From the NCBI GenBank assembly GCA_043228905.1, contig JBHGNT010000001.1, positions 32,178,001 through 32,242,000 of the forward strand: 64,000 nt of DNA. Reading direction: 5' to 3'. The notes beneath the pieces were generated by a model that saw nothing but the letters and a program-made list of their open reading frames with translations, was not told where the DNA came from and ran no database searches. Numbering within the stretch: position 1 is the first letter of the stretch; the number at the start of each line of letters is the position of its first letter. Source of the stretch: Azolla caroliniana. Lineage: Eukaryota > Plantae > Polypodiophyta. Shown here in pieces: positions 24,401 through 37,599 of the stretch. Both the position numbers and the translations under genes were made by a program.

Positions 24401-27400
24401 TTCACAAAAGATGAACAATGCATACCTTCTATACCCTCTTCGATGTCTTCGAGATTGAACATTGGGACTGATGAGTTGGCCCGGTTCGTTCTCCTTGTGG
24501 TATTTTCTGGGACACCAGTTTCTTTTCTTTTTTTACGTGGACCGCAGCAAAAATGAGTGAGGAAGTCATCGTCATTTTGTGGACTTTCAAGTAAGGGTGG
24601 ATCAACGCCATAGAGCGCCTTCCTCCGGAAAACACAACCTGTCCCCACATATACAGGTCCTTGAACCCCATCCAGCCCTTTCAAGTTGATCTGAACAGAG
24701 GACAAACAATCCAAAGGCAAAAATATATTAGTGTACTTAGTGTCCTTAGTGCCTTCTCATAGACGCAATCTATCGCTTTTGAAAGCCTTGTGTACAAAGT
24801 TATGCAAAGACTCAAAACTTGGAAAATAAATGAGTTAGTCCATTCCATCTCTCATTGGAAGAGCAGGTTGGAAAAGTAATATGTAACGCCTTAAACGATG
24901 CAAAAATAGCTATTACAGTCAATCTCTCATTGCAATCAAAGAGGCAGTCTATTATTTTTCGAACAATTTGTTTGGAAATTATTAGTAAAGCCTTAAAACG
25001 AACAAAAAGAAGTTATTTCGCTCAAATTATGAGGTCATATGATAAATATGGTTCTTATCAATATAAAACTTTATAGATTATTAAATTTCTGTTAACTCAC
25101 TGTGTTGAAACTTAACAAATGTCTTTAAATATCCCATGGGTTATCAGGATGGCCATTTTTTTACCAGACAACTTACAAACTGTCTACACCTACCACTTCC
25201 AAACTACAATATTTTGTTTTCATAAATCACTATTGAATTTTCTCTGGTAACTCTCCTATCTTTATAATTAGTTTCTCAACATTAATTCACTGCTACATTT
25301 GCAAATAAGAGATAATGCATCAGATTTTTGTTTTCCACATAACATCATTTTATCCTAGACATGACTCTTACAAGGTCACAAGAACATGCAGAGGGACTCA
25401 CATCAAAGAACACTGTATTATGGTTGGCGTAACGGTCATGTAGATCGATGCCATCAAACCTTTGAGGGAACTGCACATAGCAAATCCTTTTTCCAAGACG
25501 CGAGTCCATCATGAAACACATCGCCTCACGAATCGCTTTACTGTTATTGATGTAGTGATCACAATCCAAGTTCAAGAAGTAGGGAGCATTTGTAAGAACT
25601 GCCGAAACTCTCACCTGCTCTTAAATCATGTTCAGTTATGAATCAAAAACACATGCGTCTCTATAAACAGACAATGATAAGCACAGTACCAATGAATTCA
25701 TAGCACCGGCTTTCTTATGATGGTTGAAACCAGGACGTTTCTCACGAGAGACGTAGACTAAGCGTGGCAGTTCATTGCCCTCTGTATCATGGCCTCCACT
25801 GTGACCGAGAAATACCTTCAGGTATGAAGACATGTGTAAGCAAGAGTTTTAGCACTGACAAGGTTTATTCCTTTTTAGTGGCCTTGTTTGAAAAGTTATC
25901 CGTAAACAGATTATTAAATGAATACTGTACCAATATACTTCATGTGTTGAACATATTTGTAGGAATTATAAATTGAATTCCAGTAACTATATGGCTTTTT
26001 AGTAGTGCTTCTTAGAGAGGGAAATCTATTTGTTTTGAGAAGTCTAGCTTGAAAATTATGTCTATTCTTCTTGAGTAGTCTAGTTTGAAAACTATTTGTA
26101 AAGCAAAAATTTAAGAGAACACCATGAAGGAAAAGAATAGAAAAAGCAGTATTGATCTGATTCATTCAATCTACTGAATATATTTGTTGGCTTTTTCAAT
26201 ATGCAACGTACATCAGCTTTCCTTTTCATGTTTCCAATGCAATGCAGCATGCACTAAGTGACTTTTCTTATACAAAGGGATATATGTGTCTCGCTTCAAT
26301 TACCAGTAATAAAAACAGCAAGTCAAGCAGACATTTTACCTGTATCATTCCAGGATAAGCTTTGGTGCTATTTCCAATGTTATAATATAAGAACAGGGAA
26401 GAAATGCAACATGCACTATGTGAATTGTCTTCCTTGCAGGGATATGTACATATCAATTCAATTACCAAAAATTTAAAACTGCAAGGCCAGCATAAATTTT
26501 ACCTGTATCATTCCAGGATGATCCTTGGTGTTATTTCCTGGCCAAGGAGTGCCATCTTGCATTGTCCATCCTTCTTCAGGCACCCGTTGAGCCTTCGCTA
26601 CCAAAGCATTTATTCTGATCTTGAACTCTTCATATTCCCTCTGCCATTTATTCCATACACCAGTTATGAATCTTTTTAATCTCTGAGTGGGGAAGGGAAT
26701 GTTGGCATCCATATAGAATATTACTGTTTCTTAGCTCTATTGATAGGGAAAGAAAGAAAGAAAGAAAGATATATTAACGTCTTTTAAGAGGCCAAAATAA
26801 AAACCAAGTCTTTGACAAACCTTCATCGCCCGTCGTTCTTTCACAAATGAAGGCTGGATTTTATCCTTCAAGTAATCAATTTTCTGCGCAAAGTACATTT
26901 CTGGCGCTCGAGGTTCAATGCTGAACTTCTTGCAAAATGGTACCCACTTCCTAGCAAATTCCGAAGTTTCTGACAGTGCCTCAAAAGTTAACATGGCAGC
27001 ACCATCATCTGATACATAACATGACACTTTATCGACCGGATAATCCACTGCAAGGATCGAAAGTACAGTATTGGCAGTTACAAGTGGCGGCTCCTTTAAG
27101 GGATCTACTGTACTCACATAGACATCCACTGAAGCTAATTTAGAGGGCTTTCCAATAGGTTCAAACCTGCCATCCAATTATTTAAGGTCATGGCCTATAA
27201 TAAAATGTAGTAAGTTGTGAGATTTTAACCCAACACCAGCAGGTCAGGTTATATACCTATACAATAAATAAACCAATAAAATCTAGCTAATCTATTTCAT
27301 GCACTTAACCATCCACTGAAGCTAACTTAGAGGGCTTTCCTATATGTTCAAGCCTGCCATACAATTACAGAAGGTCGTTGCCTCTAGTAAAAAGTAGTGA

Positions 27401-30303
27401 TTTGTGAGATTTTAACCCAACACCAACAGGTTCGATTACTGAACTCTAGTTAATATATTTCATGCAAATCAAAATTATTAATCTGACCTCAAGGATAGTC
27501 GATCAAGATATGTCTCTCGGTCAACAGGAAGCCACTTTGGGAACTGGTCGAGAATCCATGAAAATGCAAACCATATCTCACAAATGACAGAGGTGAGCCA
27601 GAGTCCATATGCATCAGCGACAGGGTTTAGTATACGAAATCGAAGAAACCCAGCAAGGATGAATAGTCGCATAATGATTACAATCCGGTATGGATTAATC
27701 TTCGAAGGGGATATGGACACTACTCTGGAGAGTGGCTGTCTTCCATTTTCTGCCCTGCAAGCTTGGACAAAATGAGGAAGATAGTTAGACCATAGAACCG
27801 AGTTTTTTCTTCCCAAGGCTCAGGAACAAGCAAAAACAAGAATTTTTAGACATTTTCTCGATGATTCTCACAATGTTTATTATGAACTTGCATTATAACC
27901 TTCTGCATGATAAACTCCATAGACCTAGCTACGTGCAGTTTCAGGTTTAACTTTTAGAGCATATTGTGTAGGGTTTAGCGTAGCCCCACATAGAGAAGCT
28001 CATAAACCCAATTTTCTCTTCCCAAGGCCAAGGCACAAGCAAACACAAGAATCTTTAAACATTTTCCCAATGATGCTCACAATGTTTATTAGGAACTAAC
28101 ATTATAACCTTCTGCATGGTAAACTTAGACCTAACTAGGTGCAATTTCAGGTTTAACGCTTAGCGCATAGGGTGTAGGGTGTAGGGTTCCCCCCGATAGA
28201 GAAGCTCATAGTATTCAACATTGCAAAGAAACATGAGGGAAAGCAGATTCTTTTCAGGTGCAAAATTTCTCAATCTTTCTATGACAACAATTAGCTCAAG
28301 AACAATGACTAATGTGATGCAAATCAAAGAACACTCACAAAGACACTTCTCCATTTTGAGCGTTGTCATCAACATTGCTTCCTCCTGAATGTCCCTCAAT
28401 TACTTGCATTTTCTCCTGCTTTGCTTTCCAGCTCTCAAGCCTCTCCTTCCAAGCAATGTCTCCAAATTCATATGGACTGAATTCCCTACTCATGTCCATG
28501 CTCCTAGACTCAACAGAGCCTAGATCCAAACTCTTTGTCAGCTCAATAGTCTACTACTTATAAAGCATACAAGAACTGGAAATGACATTACTAGGTATAT
28601 TTGAATCAGCATATGGAAGCGGATGAATGCGTGAACGGCCTCCCTGAGGTGTGAAATGAGATGGATGTTCGGGTGAGATTCCAGAAAATTCCCCAGAAAC
28701 CTGTAAAAGAAATAGGTCAGAAGATCATTATTTCAGTCTTATATGAATATATACATATGAAAGATCATGGGCTGTTAAGATGAGAAAACGTGCATGGTCT
28801 CTGCCATCAGTGAGGAGAGGGATTTGGGGAACTCTTTGCATCGGTGGCTGAGGATCATGGTGGTTATTGGTACTGTCGTAGCTATGGGATTCTCGATGTC
28901 GATTGTGAATGTCAATATAGCTGAATTCATTCTCGAGATCATCTACGTCTTCTTCATCTTCATCTCCCACGACTCTAGGACTCCCTGATACAATGAAAAA
29001 TATTGACATTGCATGCTAAAGCACAAAGTGAATGCATTGCCTTTATAATTACACATTTAACAATATCAATGCACACTGACACATACAAGAGAATATTTTA
29101 CTGACAGTGTACAGGTGACTTATCGTTTCTTGTTTCCAATAATGCCTTAGGTTAAGTAGTGAACCATAAGGTTTATTGGATTGAGATCAAGGATACAGGC
29201 TCAGTATAAGTCCTTCACTTTTATATTATCCAAGAGTATGTAAGCACCTTGTGATGGCTTTATTCACCAGTTTTCATCAGAGAAATGAAGTTGAATCAAA
29301 AAGACACACCTTTGTGTCGCTTGTATCTTGTCTTGCACTGCGGACATGCTTGATTACCATCCTTGCGTTCATATTCATAGCAAGGCCTACATACCGGAAA
29401 TGCACATTCATTGCAAGCTACAAAGAGCTCTCCTGTAGGAGTTATGCCAACATCATCTCCACATATTTGACATATTTGACTGGTAGAATGTTGTAAAGGC
29501 CTAGGCTGTACATATCAAAAACAGAGTTAAGTGGTGTTTTATGATGATTAAATGGCTAAAGAGCCCAAATATAGGAAAGATATCATTCAAACAAACCAAG
29601 GATGAAAAGGCACAAATTAAATCTGCCAACTAAGTTATAAGCATACACATAATAACTGAGAAATTACATGTTAATGAAGATAGGAGTAGATCCAATACCT
29701 AGCTAATTTACCTATTCTACTCTTTATTAAAATCGAATTACTTAGTTGCGAGTATAATGATAGGTGCAATCTGGCTTCATTAACCCCTCATCACCTCATT
29801 ATGATCATACTAATGGACCGACTCTAGCCTTCATTAACTCCTACAGAAATCAGAGCTCCTGAAAGCCGAAATAGAGAGTAATAGCTATGAATTGGCTATG
29901 GCCAAAGAACAGACCTTGGAGACAATTGGCTATGTGAAAAAACACATAAAAGGGAATACAAACACTGAGTATGAAAGACTCTTATGGAGCTACCCAAAAG
30001 GAAGCTTTCTAGAGAAAGACTGAAACAGGGGAAACATAAGAAACATTCAAATAAACCAAATGAAATAAAAGCTCCAAAAGTGCTCTCCAAACAAAACTCA
30101 TAGGGAGTGAACCCAAAACAGTGACTTTTAGAGGGGCAGAGAGAGACAGAGAGACAGAGATAGAAGACAGACTTGAAGGGAGCAACAAGGTAAACATTGA
30201 AACCAACCAATGATGAAAAATCCAGAGAGTTACCCAGTCATTGAGAACTCTCCAAAGAGAGAGGGAGAGGCTATGAGCATGGAACAAATTGAAAGGAGAA
30301 TAC

Positions 30304-30354
<51 letters not shown>

Positions 30355-30848
30355 TACAAACAGAGCTCCTTCAAGAAATTCAAATCCCAAAGTAGAGCTC
30401 TCAAAGTTGAGATAGAGATACAGACCCTAGAACGATGAAACAGAATGAAGAAAAGGAGAGACGGGCAGACAGAAGCCCAAAAATTGAACTAACTACAGAC
30501 ACAGACCTACTCAGAAAAAGCAGAAGAGTAAAGGATGGTATTCAAAGTCGTCATTCTTGAGTGTCTCTTCTGGAAAGATTTAATCTCCAAGGCTTCAAAA
30601 AACAAAATTCAATCAAATTACTCTTGGTACGAGAGAATGACTTCCCTTCTTCACGGTGACCCAAGAAGCTTCTTCTAGCAAATAACCCAGAAATATGAAG
30701 CAGGACATAAATGCGCACATATGTACGCATGTCTGGCCAGAGAGAGAGAGAGAGATGAGAAACATCTTACCCCTTGTGATTCAGGTCCAATAACAACTAA
30801 CTGGTTTTTCTTGTAAGAGCCTGCTACGAGTCCTGCATTTGCCTCCAT
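21422..30848 (-). CDS. CESA: Cellulose synthase A catalytic subunit, 14 exons, about 1079 aa
   Basis: Minus exons: 30848-30771, 29505-29310, 28984-28794, 28700-28592, 28519-28339, 27754-27488, 27166-26821, 26640-26503, 25815-25690, 25614-25402, 24690-24426, 23798-23602, 23173-22820, 22000-21422 (3240 nt, phases consistent). Has the N-terminal CQIC...CxxC zinc domain, [23 protein letters not shown] and QVLRW. Paralogue class cannot be assigned by eye. Confidence 0.97.
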
Positions 30849-31135
30849 TGATAATAATTTATACGTATTTTGTAATTTGCTTACTATAATGGTGGACTTC
30901 TCATGAAGGAGAAATTAACCTTAATTGACTAAAGGAGGAGGAGGAGGAGGAGAAGAAGAAGAAGAAAGGGGGGGTTATACACAGAAGAAGCTATGGTGAG
31001 CTGAGCTTTGAAAGGGAAGAAGAATGTATCGCAAAAAAGTCACAGCACGGGAGACAGAGATGATGGACTTTGAAATCAGTGTAGAGAGAGAAAGAGACAG
31101 AGATGTAGGGAGGGGGGGGGGATGATCATGCACGC

Positions 31136-31324
31136 AGATACATACATACATACATACATACATACATACATACATACAGATGTACATAGTACATACATAC
31201 GTACGTATATATAAGTATGTATGTATGTATATGTATATGTGTGTGTGTGTATGTATGTATGTATATTTAATAATATATGTATGTATATGTATATAAATTT
31301 ATAATATATGTATATATACACACA
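31136..31324. repeat. Compound (TACA)n/(TATG)n/(TG)n microsatellite in the CESA upstream region
   Basis: Read directly. A (CATA)n run is followed by (GTAT)n runs, giving an imperfect inverted arrangement. Confidence 0.9.
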
Positions 31325-34300
31325 TTATGGACACGAGATATAGATGCCTAGTCACCAAATCTTGGACCCTTTTGAGAAAAAAAAGGTGGGGGGGGGGGGG
31401 GGAGGTAATATGCCTTTCGTTGGTTAAAACTTGTCCCCAGAAGAGAAGTGATATATGCTCGCCCAAGACCAATCTGAATGGGTGATAGATATCCTTTCGT
31501 TGTTACATGGCATGTCTGCGTGTACACACACATGGGGGAGGGTGAGTTGCTAGTCTTGACACCACCCGTACGGATCAATCTTCTTCGTGCTCGAGAATGA
31601 ACCAAATAACAAAAACGCACTTTGCTCTATAGAACACAGTAGCATATTGGATGAATAGTTATGGTGAACTTTTCTTTAACTAGCAAGTACATATGTAACA
31701 AGCACATAGAAAAAGAAATTTGGCTACTATGGACTTTTCTTGAAGGGGAGGAACATATAACAAGAGAGAGAGAGAGAGAGAGAGAGAGGCATAAATAATG
31801 AAGCTAAAATTTTTAGTGAGAGATAGAGAGAAACTGAGATATTATAGTAGATTAAGCTTTTTGGATATCAAGCCTTTGAATGTCCGTATTATGCACAAAC
31901 ATGTACTTATACTATTGGATGCTTACCTTCCCATTCACGATATCGGAACGAGAATCATGGAATCCATAAGCATTATAGTATATGGTGAATGAAGACTATC
32001 TTTGAATGGTGTAATGGATTCACACCATCCGAAGACAATATAGAGACCTTTAACTTAGTATTATGTGACGAATGTGTATAATCGAAGTGTATGATGAACT
32101 CATCAACCAATGTGTATGGTAAAGACGTTGTCCACAACCGTAATGGAATCACCCTACTTCCAGGGTGCAAGAAAATTTATCTTACAACCATATGCTGGTT
32201 TCCTACTACCTAAATTTGGTACAATAGACTTGTCTAAGCACGAGAAACCGACATATTGACACAATATGTAGTTTTAACACAAGAAATATATGTAGTCATA
32301 TCCAATTTGGATGAGCATGTGATCTTCAACACAATTGTAACAAGGTACCATGATATAAGAATATTATGTAATGTCGTGCTAAAAAAATGTGTGCATAATG
32401 GGAAGATTTCATTCACAACATAAATATATGCAATTGAGAGTAGTTATCGACGTCTACTCGAGCCTTGCTTCATGGGTCGGTGCCTCATTATTGTGGCACA
32501 AAATCATCAACAATCTATAACGTGGTGGAAACCAAATAGGTCTAAAAAATGAAGAGGATTCCCTTAAGAACAATGGTTAGGGAATATATGGATTTGAATT
32601 AGTGCCAGGCACAAAAAAGGATAAAAATTCCGTCATGTAGGGTTTGGCAATCTAGTGATTGTTGATGCAAAAGCTCACAAATTTAGTCACATGATCATGG
32701 CACATTTATATAATTTGACTATTAGTATCGTTATTGTTTTCAAACTAGGACGATGTTCATATATTGTGGTTATATATAGTCATTACTATTATGCTTATTT
32801 GCATTGCCTTTGCATTGCCTAGCCATTTTCCATGTTGTATGCTACCAATCAATTGGAATTTGGTATCGTGTTTCTTTTAGTAGGTCATTCAACATCAAAG
32901 CTAATTTAATTCTATGTAGAAATCCCCTCCCATGCATAAATGAATACACATTGTTTAATTTCCAAAAAAAGAATATACTCCACTAGTTAAATAATATACA
33001 CAAACTCGATCCCTTTCTCGGGTAGGCCGTGCCAAGACTATCCTATCCTACATAAGAGATCTCGCTTATTTAATTGTACTATTTTACATGTGTCCCACAA
33101 GGGCCATTAATTGTGTGTGTTCGCCTCCAATGGAGAGTATGCTACTTTAAAAAAGAAGCAACAAATGAAAATTATAGTGGCACAAGTGCACAAATGCCTT
33201 TGACAACGTTTGAGCCCTATTAGATTATAGATAATGCTTAAAGTCCTCTGATCGTAGAAGTTTGCTCATTGAATTTGGAGCTCAATATCCTTAAAATATA
33301 TCTGAGCTAAAAACTCAATTCATCATACTAAGTTTTTTTAATTCTACAAGAGAATGCATTCAACATATGCTTAAACATATGCAACGAATTCATGTGAAAT
33401 CCAAATCCTTGTCACCTTCATCTATTAATTACATCATATGAGCCATCCTTAGATTTTAAGGGAATGTTTTGAAATAATAGCGATATTATCAATAGATAAA
33501 TCGATAACCATGTCTTATTAAAGTACAATCACAATGGACATTACATTCCTCGAAATCTTGGAAATATTTGAGTTGGTATTTCTGAAGTTAACAATATCAC
33601 TTTCACGTTGATTACAAGTGAGATATGTCTTTTTATTACGCTGATTTTGAATGACGATACTTGCTTCTATTAACACGGGTTCAAGCGCTCTTATGACTTG
33701 TAAATGAAAATGTATCTTATTACCATGTATCCAAGTGCTAGACATATACTGCACACCAACGCTTATAAGTTTGGGTTCTCGATTTCGTGTTTGTAGCTAC
33801 TACTTTATGAGCCAACTTCTAATGGAAAACAATATGCTACAAGCAAGGATGTGAGATGTTATTAACAAGAATGATCGTTCAATAATTATTCTTTCCATCT
33901 CTTAGCGTTAGCGTTTGGACATCATGTTGGCACTTTTAATTTTGTATTTGATCTTTTTTCAATTATGAGATATTCTAAAATGCTCCCCACATTCTCTTCT
34001 CATTGTGGTTTCCTATACATGGACCCATTAGTAGTGAAATCATACTATTTGTCAATTGATTTACATTTTATTTGGATAATTAACATACTTTCTTTTCTGT
34101 TGCCAGCTTGTGTACCTTATATAAGACAAAACATTTTTTATTTGAGTTATAAGAAGTCAATATAACTTATATATTTTATGCCTTTGCATGTTTTCATTGT
34201 TCACAAGATATCAAATATGATATATTGAGAATGGCCAAGCCATGGCAAGGATGGAATTTGCGTCCTCTCAATTTCATGACTTTGACGACACAATGCAAAC

Positions 34301-35851
34301 CACCAAGCCAAGAACTAGAGAGAGAGAAAGAGATGATTCAACACAATATCGACACGATCATAAAACACGATGGCATCCCGTGTGAGATGACCAAATCCCT
34401 CACTTGTAACTATACAAGATATCATGTAATACAACCGATTATTCGAGCTTTGCATGGTTTATACTTTTTTATGGAGAGAGTGAGAGGGAATGCCTAATTT
34501 CATCCACATGTAATGTTTTGTTTTTGCATATGCATGTTCCTAAAGAGAATGAAATAACATGTGACATAAAAGTGGAAGTCGGATGTGAAATACATAAAAC
34601 ATTACAAACATCCAACTCGTGAATCGTAATTAATTAAAGTAAAAGAGAGAGTCCTTATATAGTTTGATGGCCCAGGTATCCAAGGCTTTTGTATAAACAC
34701 GTCGGCCCATTATCACAAACGATGAATAGGTTAATGACTAGTCTAGATAGCATTAATTATGTGTCCTTTTATAATATATAAGTGGTTGTAGACATCATTC
34801 TTACATTGATGGAGTACCTTGTGTTGAGATTAAAATCTTATTTGTTTCAACATTTATTTATCAAATTTGAGATTTCACTATACGAACAATTACACGCGAA
34901 TGTGGACGGTGTAAATCCAATGGTGCATAATAATGTGCATCACACTTTTGTAGATTAATGAAGTTTAAAACCTCATGGAAGGTCGCTACAAAAATTGTTT
35001 TGTGACAATACCTAACAAATTGCTAATGCATGCAATGACCATGAATCAACCATCCAACAATGAGTACTTGTGAAGTATCTCATGCAACTTTACAACATGC
35101 CATTTGATCAGATATGAAATCCTTGAATGTTAAATGAATATTAATTACCATCGCATCCAAGTATCAATCTAGATTCATCATGGTATCATTGAGGTGTCAT
35201 TGATGGTTATTTTCCCCAAAAATTAGAAAACGCTTCTCTTTAATAACCGAAAATGCACTAAAAATTATCAATATGTCAATGTTTCAAATATTATGGGGGA
35301 TGATTTTCATAAATGCCTTTAGGAACAATAACAAGGGTGAGTTATCAATACGAGTCATTGAAATGAGAAACATTTATTCAAGTGGATAAGAACTACATGT
35401 GTAGTGTGCCAAAACAAAGATTGCATTTTTTCCACTACTTATATTACATATCTAGAAAGTCTTTAGATCCTCTTTGTGGATGAAAAGATAAGGAAGAAAA
35501 AGCAAAGATAACTAGTTAAAGCACAAAAGCAAGGTAACATGAGCTAGATTGAGAAGACATAAACACAATTTCTTGACTTGATTTCACACATCATCTTTTT
35601 GTCTCTCTATTATATTCAAATTACTATAATTAATTATAGCTTAAGTAATCATTATTGGTAAAATAGGGGAATATTAAGGCTGCATGTTCCATTAGCTACA
35701 CACCTTCTACACCCATGACATAAAAAGAAAAAGTTAAAGTGACAATTTATAATACATTTGTTTAATTAACTATGACTTATTGCAAAACATTGAGATTCTA
35801 AGTAAAATAGAATGTACAAAAACATTATCGCTCAGATTTAATACTATATTA

Positions 35852-35988
35852 GTAAATTCACAGTTTTTTCCGTATTTTCACGGTTTTTTTGGGGGGGATG
35901 GAATCTGGCTATCATTTGTAGTGCAAATAATCATATTTTTGAACTCAAAAAAAAAACTGTGAAAATACGGAAAAAACTGTGAATTTAC
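35852..35988. mobile_element. Short foldback/MITE-like element with ~39-bp inverted repeats
   Basis: GTAAATTCACAGTTTTTTCCGTATTTTCACGGTTTTTTT (35852-35890) is the reverse complement, with one mismatch, of AAAAAAACTGTGAAAATACGGAAAAAACTGTGAATTTAC (35950-35988). No clear TSD. Confidence 0.7.
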
Positions 35989-37599
35989 CAATTTCCTATT
36001 TATAAAGCATAAACTTAAAATAATTTCGGATTGAATGAATAAATAAAGTTCGATTGCTTATTAATGTTTAAACTATTGGAACCCTAGATATGAATTGATC
36101 GATGATTCTTTAATGATTATACACCTGGTCTATGATTTTGATTTATGTTGGTCCACATGTCCATATTGTCTCGTCCCTTGTTGTCTCTTGTGTTTTGCTC
36201 ATTGAGCATCCTTTACCATTTGAATTGAATTTGACTATATATATGTTGCATATAAGAACCATTGTGCTTTTTGTTATCGTCTCTGACACCACACATACAA
36301 TTGATAAATAATACTGGCATATATGATGATGATAGTATTTTGTAATCGGACGATGGATTATACTCTACAATAATTATTTTTATCATTTAGAACATTTTCA
36401 TGTAAGCATTGCTTTGCATAACAAGTGAAAGAAAACCCACTAAAATCTAGAATAGTGTATCATCGTGTATTTTATATACCTAGATAAGATAATATATACA
36501 TACCTCACAAACATGTGGAGACCATGTGGCATGTACTCTAACGTCTTAATTGTGCATCCTCTTATATAGAGTCTTGTGGCTCATAAATTCAACCAAATCA
36601 ATTCCATGCAACTTGTCCCAAACATGTTGAGTTACAAATTTCTTAACCTTCACCATTCAATCACCCACCCATGCAAAACATCTAATATAAGATTCACGCA
36701 ACCAATGGTGTCATGCCATGCCATATTGTTTTATATATTTTTTCCAACATTAATATGTGAGTGAAAAGCCATGATCACACGCGACAAATGGAATGCAGCC
36801 ATATCATGATTCCGATCCTTCAAAGCTGTTTTTTTATTTGACAAATGCTCTACCACTCATGAATTAGTGCTAGATGATCCCCATGAGAGTAGAGAATGGG
36901 TTCATTCGATGATTAAATGTAGAATTGATATTCATAAGTTTTTCAAGAGTTAGCCAAACGTGAAACCTCTCACAAACTCGTGTAGACTGGGAACTTTTAG
37001 TGACGTAACCTAGGACGACATCAATATGCAAGGTAGGGTGCATGCATGCTAAACACAACGTAGACGTGTCGTGGGTATGCGAGTGACATGGTGATCGTTT
37101 TGGACTAGATAGATATGGTGTGAATCTTAAACCCATAACCCATAATTATGGGTTGGCACGTAGATGGGAAACAACCCATATCTCATAAACGATCGGGCGA
37201 CGAGACACGAAAACGTGTCCCCCATTTCTCAGTTATTGCGTTGACCTTTTACCTCAAAGCATTGACACCTGATTCGGCTCGAAGCGGTGGTCAATGAGAT
37301 GAGCATGAATGTGCGACCGGAGACGCGGAGACATGAAAACGGTAAGAGAGTAAAAATATGAAGAAAAGGGTGGTGGACACTATGTACTAGGATAAGGCAG
37401 CCCAATGTGAAAGCGTCCAAAGAGTAGCTAGTACTAACTAGGATTAGGCAGGCCAATGTGAAAGCGTCCAAAGTGGAGCAGCAGAAGAAGTTGATGGAAA
37501 CCACTCTCTCCATGCGGGAGATCTTGCCATTGGACTGGGAAACACAGACACAGACACAGACACAGGCACAGACAGACAGAAATATAGACATAGATAGCT

